Assembly (NCBI GenBank): GCA_965221905.1
Contig: OZ244922.1
Location: 2,944,001-3,008,000 of the forward strand
Direction of reading: 5' to 3'
DNA from: Chloroflexota bacterium
GTDB lineage: Bacteria > Chloroflexota > UBA11872 > VXOZ01
DNA: 64,000 nucleotides
The position numbers and the translations under genes are program-made. Every line of letters begins with the position of its first letter. The first letter of the stretch is position 1. Shown piece by piece: positions 59,349 to 64,000 of the stretch. The notes beneath the pieces were generated by a model. The model searched no databases. It was not told the DNA's origin and saw only the letters and a list, made by a program, of their open reading frames with translations.

Positions 59349-60842
59349 TTATCTCTTTAGACGCTCCTCCGGCACCACGTGGCCCTCCTCTTGAGGCCAC
59401 TGCCAGACGCCGGGCCGCATGTTTTGCAGTGCGCTCACGACCGTTTGCGGGCCTTCTTGGGCAACCTTTTTCAAGGGATCGGGCCAGCCCTGAAGCTGCT
59501 CCTCTTCCCACTGCCAGAGGCGGTATTCTAAGTCGCGCACCGTGTCGGGGTGGTTGTCCGCCGCGTTACACTCTTCGCGGGGATCGTTTGCCAAATCGAA
59601 GAGTTGGGTCAGGGGCCAGTTGAGCAGACCGCCGTGGTAACTCTTAATGAGCTTCCAGTCCCGCCCGTCCGGCGCGCCTATCGTGCGGATTGCCCGCTGC
59701 GCCGACCATAGGCCGTGCTCTAGATACACATGGTCGCGCCGGGGCATAGGCTCCTGCTCGCCGCGCAGCATGCCCAGGAGAGAGCGGCCCTGCCACCGCG
59801 CAGGCGGCTCCAAGTCGCCAACCGCACACAGCGTGGGGCCAAGGTCCAGCGTATAGCTTGCCGCATCCACCACCGTGCCCGGCTGTACACCGCCTTGCGG
59901 CCAGCGCGCGAGCATCCAGATGTGGGCATCGGTCTCGAACACACCCCAATGGTCGCCGTAGACGCTGTGCTCGCCCTGGTTTTCGCCATGATCGGTGGCG
60001 GCAATGATAAGGGTATCGTCCAGCACACCCGCCGTTTCCAACGCCTCGAGGAGCCGCCCCACGTATTCATCGCAATAGGCAATCTCGGCATCATACATCG
60101 CCATCCAGTAATCAAAGTCTTCCTTGCTCCCAATGCGATGCGAACCGGCGGAGTTCGGCATGTGACCGTAGCGCTCGGCGTCATCCTTGATCCGCTCGTC
60201 AGACGGCCAGTCGGGAGGCGCATTCGCAAGCATCTTGTCCACGTACGCCTGCGGCGCTTTGTACGACTGGTGCGGGTCCCAATAGTGCACGTAGAGGAAG
60301 AAGTCCTCCTGCGCGTGGTCTTGCAGCCAATTTAGCGCATGCGAGGTGATCTCCGGCGCATGCACGTGGCTGTGGGTCCGATGCCACTGCGGACGGTAGT
60401 ACGTCTCCCAACCGGTGCGAAACCAGGGCGCTTGATCGGCAAAGGTAGAGACTGCGGCAGTATGGAAACCGGACTCGGCCAGTTGGATTGCAAGGAATTC
60501 CTGCACCTGCGGCACGCGGCTGCCAACCGGCGGATACGTCGGCCCCGTGTAGCGAGTGTCTTGTTCCCAGGGCTTCGTATCCAATTCACCTTCGGGCCGC
60601 CCGTAGTCGCCAATGGATTGCGCTCGCTCGCCGTGGGTGAGCAAGCCGGTCTTGATGCCCCAGCGACCGGTGAATATGCTCGCGCGCGCAGGCACACAGG
60701 GCGTATCGGCCGCGTACATGTTGGTGAAGCGCGCCCCCTCCCGCGCAAGTCGGTCAAGATTCGGCGTAGTCGGCCGCTCGTAGCCGTAGCAGCCCAAGTG
60801 ATCTCGGCGCAGGGAATCTATGTCGATGTACAGTACTTTCAT
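59349..60842 (-). CDS. Cys-type sulfatase
   Basis: IDSLR.DHLGCYGY...TPNLD, CVPARAS..TG, HYWDPH, YD.EI.Y.D, DHGE and FDL..DP.E motifs. Confidence 0.92.
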   Translation of the reverse strand: MKVLYIDIDSLRRDHLGCYGYERPTTPNLDRLAREGARFTNMYAADTPCVPARASIFTGRWGIKTGLLTHGERAQSIGDYGRPEGELDTKPWEQDTRYTGPTYPPVGSRVPQVQEFLAIQLAESGFHTAAVSTFADQAPWFRTGWETYYRPQWHRTHSHVHAPEITSHALNWLQDHAQEDFFLYVHYWDPHQSYKAPQAYVDKMLANAPPDWPSDERIKDDAERYGHMPNSAGSHRIGSKEDFDYWMAMYDAEIAYCDEYVGRLLEALETAGVLDDTLIIAATDHGENQGEHSVYGDHWGVFETDAHIWMLARWPQGGVQPGTVVDAASYTLDLGPTLCAVGDLEPPARWQGRSLLGMLRGEQEPMPRRDHVYLEHGLWSAQRAIRTIGAPDGRDWKLIKSYHGGLLNWPLTQLFDLANDPREECNAADNHPDTVRDLEYRLWQWEEEQLQGWPDPLKKVAQEGPQTVVSALQNMRPGVWQWPQEEGHVVPEERLKR

Positions 60843-60898
60843 TTAAGTGGCCCTCTTTGGGAAGCCGTCTAATGCAAACACCTACCTGTGGAGAACTG

Positions 60899-61265
60899 CC
60901 CTTCGACAGGCTCAGGGCAAACGGGAAACGAGCACATGTACCGGGGCTCTGCAAATGCCTCTGTTTACCCTTCGACACGCTCAGGGCGAACGGAATACGA
61001 GCACTTGTACCGGGCTCCGCAGATGCCTCTGTTTACCCTTCGACAGGCTCAGGGCGAACGGAATACGAGCATTTGTACCGGGCTCCGCAGATGCCTCTGT
61101 TTACCCTTCGACAGGCTCAGGGCGAACGGAATACGAGCACTTGTACCGGGCTCTGCAAATGCCTCTGTTTACCCTTCGACAGGCTCAGGGTGAACGGGAA
61201 ACGAGCACATGTACCGAGCTCCGCAGATGCCATTGTTCACCCTTCAACATGCTCAGGGCGAACGG
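60899..61265 (+). repeat. 68-bp tandem array (5 full units plus 1 partial) built on the CTTCGACAGGCTCAG hairpin
   Basis: Units start at 60899, 60968, 61036, 61104, 61172 and 61240; consensus cccttcgacaggctcagggcgaacggaatacgagcacttgtaccgggctccgcagatgcctctgttta. Confidence 0.93.
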
Positions 61266-61408
61266 TAGAGTGAATATTCCAGCTCTGTGAACACTCCTGC
61301 TGCAAAGTAGTAGACGGTTCGTGCCGGCAGTCTTCAATCAACAGGATTTGCAGCGTCGAGCGCCAACTAGAGCTCTGTTTGCTCAATCCCCGTTCGCCTT
61401 CTTTCCCT

Positions 61409-61510
61409 CTGGATTCCGGCTTCCGCCGGAATGACGGAAGGCGCGGAGCCCGCACTCCCCATCCCTCGCTCGACGGGAAAGAATACGCCAACTTCTACGC
61501 CGGAATGACT
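61409..61510 (-). repeat. CGTC-type REP-like elements
   Basis: ctggattccggcttccgccggaatgacgg at 61409; partial copy gccggaatgac at 61499. Confidence 0.7.
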
Positions 61511-62532
61511 GTCGTCTCCTTGCCTTCGCGCAGTGCCACCGCGTCTGCCACCATGCGGTGGAAGTCGTGCTGCGGCGCGTACTTCACCCGCGACTTCGCC
61601 GCGCTATTGTCCGCCCAATACTGCCAGCACGCGGGGGCTTCCCAGTCCAGCACCGGCAGACCAAGCAGATCACTGAGCACAGGTGTGGCTTCACTAAACG
61701 GAATCGCATAGGGACCGTGCATGTTCAGAGTCTGGCCGACCGCGCCGTCTTCATCGAGTGCCTGCATGATCCCGTGAACAACATCCCGTGCGTCCGTGCG
61801 CTGCCACAGCCAGGAATTGCCGTCGCGGTCATGGTAGTTAACGAGCAGCTTGCTGGGATCGTCCGTACGCTGCTTCACCGCCTCATCCAGCTTGGCAAGG
61901 TTCTCCGCCATTTCCGGATGATGCAGCGGGCCGCATTGGGCGTGGCTCGCCTCGCGATACTGGCTCGCCGCCAAGCCTGCGGACCAGCCGTTGAATATCT
62001 CCTCACCCGCCAGAATAGCCCCGGGGCGAATGATCGTGGTCTTCAGTCCATACTCGCGCCGGTAATGCTCCACCATTTCTTCGTTGAGCACCTTGATCAT
62101 GCCGTACTCCTTGATCGGCAGGCGCGGATGTTGCTCGTCGACCGGGGCGTAGAGGAGCGATGGTATGGGATATACGGTGTCGCTGCTAATGTGCACGAAC
62201 CGATGCAGCTTGTCGCCTTGTGCAGCCACGGCCTGCAGCAAGCGCATCGTACCCGTTGTATTAATATCGTAGTAGGTAAACTTTTCCATGGTCGGCGGCC
62301 GTGACATGACGCACGCCGTATGGACCACGGCGTCCACTCCCACCGCTGCCTTAGCAATACCATCCGTATCGTCCAAGCCGACGTTGGCAATCTCCACGTC
62401 GAACGCATTGAGTTTTTCCGCCTTTGGGTCGCCGGGATACACCATCCCGCGCACCTGATGGCCTCGCGCCAGCAGCGCCTTAGTCAGGTTCGTGCCCACA
62501 CGTCCCGATACACCCGATACCAAAATTCTCAC
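61495..62532 (-). CDS. NAD-dependent epimerase/dehydratase
   Basis: ILVSGVSGRVG, DAVVHTA, N..GT, ISS..VY and YGMIK (YxxxK). Confidence 0.88.
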   Translation of the reverse strand: MRILVSGVSGRVGTNLTKALLARGHQVRGMVYPGDPKAEKLNAFDVEIANVGLDDTDGIAKAAVGVDAVVHTACVMSRPPTMEKFTYYDINTTGTMRLLQAVAAQGDKLHRFVHISSDTVYPIPSLLYAPVDEQHPRLPIKEYGMIKVLNEEMVEHYRREYGLKTTIIRPGAILAGEEIFNGWSAGLAASQYREASHAQCGPLHHPEMAENLAKLDEAVKQRTDDPSKLLVNYHDRDGNSWLWQRTDARDVVHGIMQALDEDGAVGQTLNMHGPYAIPFSEATPVLSDLLGLPVLDWEAPACWQYWADNSAAKSRVKYAPQHDFHRMVADAVALREGKETTVIPA

Positions 62533-62625
62533 GGGAAATCCTCCTTGTCATTTACGTAATTCTGCAACGATGATACGGAAGTACGGCCACACAAGCAATT
62601 TGGAAAGGGCACCCTAGATAGGAAG

Positions 62626-62663
62626 GAGCCGCCTCCCAGGCCCAAACCCGTGGGAGGCGGCTC
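62626..62663 (-). terminator. Stem-loop downstream of the last solute-binding protein gene
   Basis: 13-bp inverted repeat gagccgcctccca / tgggaggcggctc. Confidence 0.55.
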
Positions 62664-62717
62664 GTATCCGTTGCGAGACTCTTCGATTGAAAATAGCCTT
62701 CAAGAGGCTGCAAGAGA

Positions 62718-64000
62718 CTACTCGAGCACTGAGTTCGCCAACGATTCGTTCAGAACTTCCTGGGCCAACTGATCGGCCTCTTTCAGGGCCTCTTGGATGG
62801 TCTTTTCTTTCTTGAAGATGGTCTGCGCCATGTTGAAGTGGATGCCGATGAGGCCGACTCCGCCCGGTGCCCCGACCACAAAGCCGGCAACCGCCATTGA
62901 ATCCACGGCCTCCTTGCGCAGCGGGTCGCCCTGAATGAAGTCCTCGCTGTTGGCCACGGACTTGCGCATGGGCAGCCGGCTCTTGCCCAAAGCGTGGCGG
63001 AGGTCTTGCGGCGCCTCGAAGAGCCACTCGATGAACGTAAAAGCCTGGTCCGGATTCTTGGAGCCGTTGGGAATGATGTTGTCACCGCAGCCGCTATACG
63101 TCACCGTATTGCCACCCGGCGGCAGGGGCACCGGGGCAGCGCTGTAGTCGAGCTTGTCAAAGCCCGCCTTGTAGTTGGGCTGGTGCGGCGTGTCATAGAT
63201 CGTATAGATCATGCTGGCGCCGCGGTCGGTGAAGACAATCCGTGGATCGACATCGCCTCGGAATTCATCCGACGCCAGGAAGCCATCCTGCAAGTCGTAT
63301 ATGCGGAGCATGTGCTCGAAGGCGCGCACGGTCGTCTCGTTGTCGAGCGTCGAAGTGCTGTCGTCCGCACTGATAATGGCGCCGCCAAGCTGCCAGACCG
63401 CCACCATCCAACACGCGAAAATACTGCCGGGGCCCCAGTGCGGGACGTAGCCAAGCTGGGCGATCTTCGCGCCATCTTTCTTCACCAGCCTGCCGATGGC
63501 GGAGTAAAGGTCATCCCACGTGGCGGGCGGGCTCTCCGGGTCCAGACCGGCCTCGATCAGGTTTTCGTGTCCGATGAAGAGCGTGCGGGCGTCGGGCGTA
63601 AATGGCATCCCAAACTGGCGCCCCTGCCAAACGGCATCATTCAAGATCTCTTCCCACATATCGCTGGTATCTATGGTGGAAGAGGCCTTGACCATTTCGG
63701 TCATCTCCGAAGCGAGGCCACCGTGGGCAAGGGTCTTGATGGTGAAACGAGGCGCAAATGACATATCGGGCGCGGCGTCGGCCGCCACCGCCGCGGGCAG
63801 TTTCTCAAACGTCTCGCTCCACGGCGTGGGCATGGTGTTGATATGAATTGCGTCTTGCATCGCATTGAACTCGTCGCGGAGTTCCAGCCCGACTCCCTCG
63901 GTGAAAGAGGCCCAGAAGCCGTTAAGCGACCAAAAGTCGACCTCCACCGTCTCCATCGTGGGCGCTTCGGCTTCGGCTTTCTTCTCTTCCATCTCGGGCG
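62718..64000 (-). CDS. ABC sugar-type solute-binding protein, 5' end beyond the window
   Basis: E/K/A/P linker, APD, G..FGMP, AGLDP..PP.TW and P.P.GG..IP.GSKNPD.A motifs. Confidence 0.85.
   Translation of the reverse strand, partial: PEMEEKKAEAEAPTMETVEVDFWSLNGFWASFTEGVGLELRDEFNAMQDAIHINTMPTPWSETFEKLPAAVAADAAPDMSFAPRFTIKTLAHGGLASEMTEMVKASSTIDTSDMWEEILNDAVWQGRQFGMPFTPDARTLFIGHENLIEAGLDPESPPATWDDLYSAIGRLVKKDGAKIAQLGYVPHWGPGSIFACWMVAVWQLGGAIISADDSTSTLDNETTVRAFEHMLRIYDLQDGFLASDEFRGDVDPRIVFTDRGASMIYTIYDTPHQPNYKAGFDKLDYSAAPVPLPPGGNTVTYSGCGDNIIPNGSKNPDQAFTFIEWLFEAPQDLRHALGKSRLPMRKSVANSEDFIQGDPLRKEAVDSMAVAGFVVGAPGGVGLIGIHFNMAQTIFKKEKTIQEALKEADQLAQEVLNESLANSVLE

Noticed and set aside
60899-61265. CRISPR array
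   Set aside because: The would-be spacers are near-identical, the repeat occurs as solitary copies elsewhere, and no cas genes are present.
60847-61290. Three overlapping + strand ORFs with repeated peptides
   Set aside because: They are translations of the 68-bp DNA repeat in all three frames, with no protein-family signal.

Overview
Gene-dense, GC-rich bacterial chromosomal window. It is probably Chloroflexota, inferred from the surface-protein repeat domain, the Tat/lipoprotein sugar-binding proteins and the repeat families. Housekeeping genes: plsC, ispH, der, plsY, recX, pyrF, uvrC, gatC/A/B, gdhA, rqcH. Catabolic and uptake genes: an enolase-superfamily dehydratase, a creatininase-family protein, FGGY and PfkB kinases, a sulfatase, two double-domain alpha/beta hydrolases, and four sugar-type solute-binding proteins with no permeases. 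Three things stand out. (1) An apparent operon of a glutathionylspermidine-synthase-like ATP-grasp amide ligase, a lysine-type 2,3-aminomutase, a motif-degenerate Gfo/Idh/MocA protein and a PfkB kinase (17875-22600), suggesting an uncharacterised beta-lysine ligation pathway. (2) A hybrid cytochrome c maturation cluster with a Cys-type CcmE (CxxxF), a CcmH and two unusual CcmI-like accessory proteins. (3) Three different REP-like palindrome families, each amplified into a tandem array (42, 48 and 68 bp period). Individual copies supply stop codons, a ribosome-binding site and possibly an in-frame protein extension. No rRNA, tRNA, CRISPR array or transposase was recognised. All calls come from reading motifs by eye; no searches were run.
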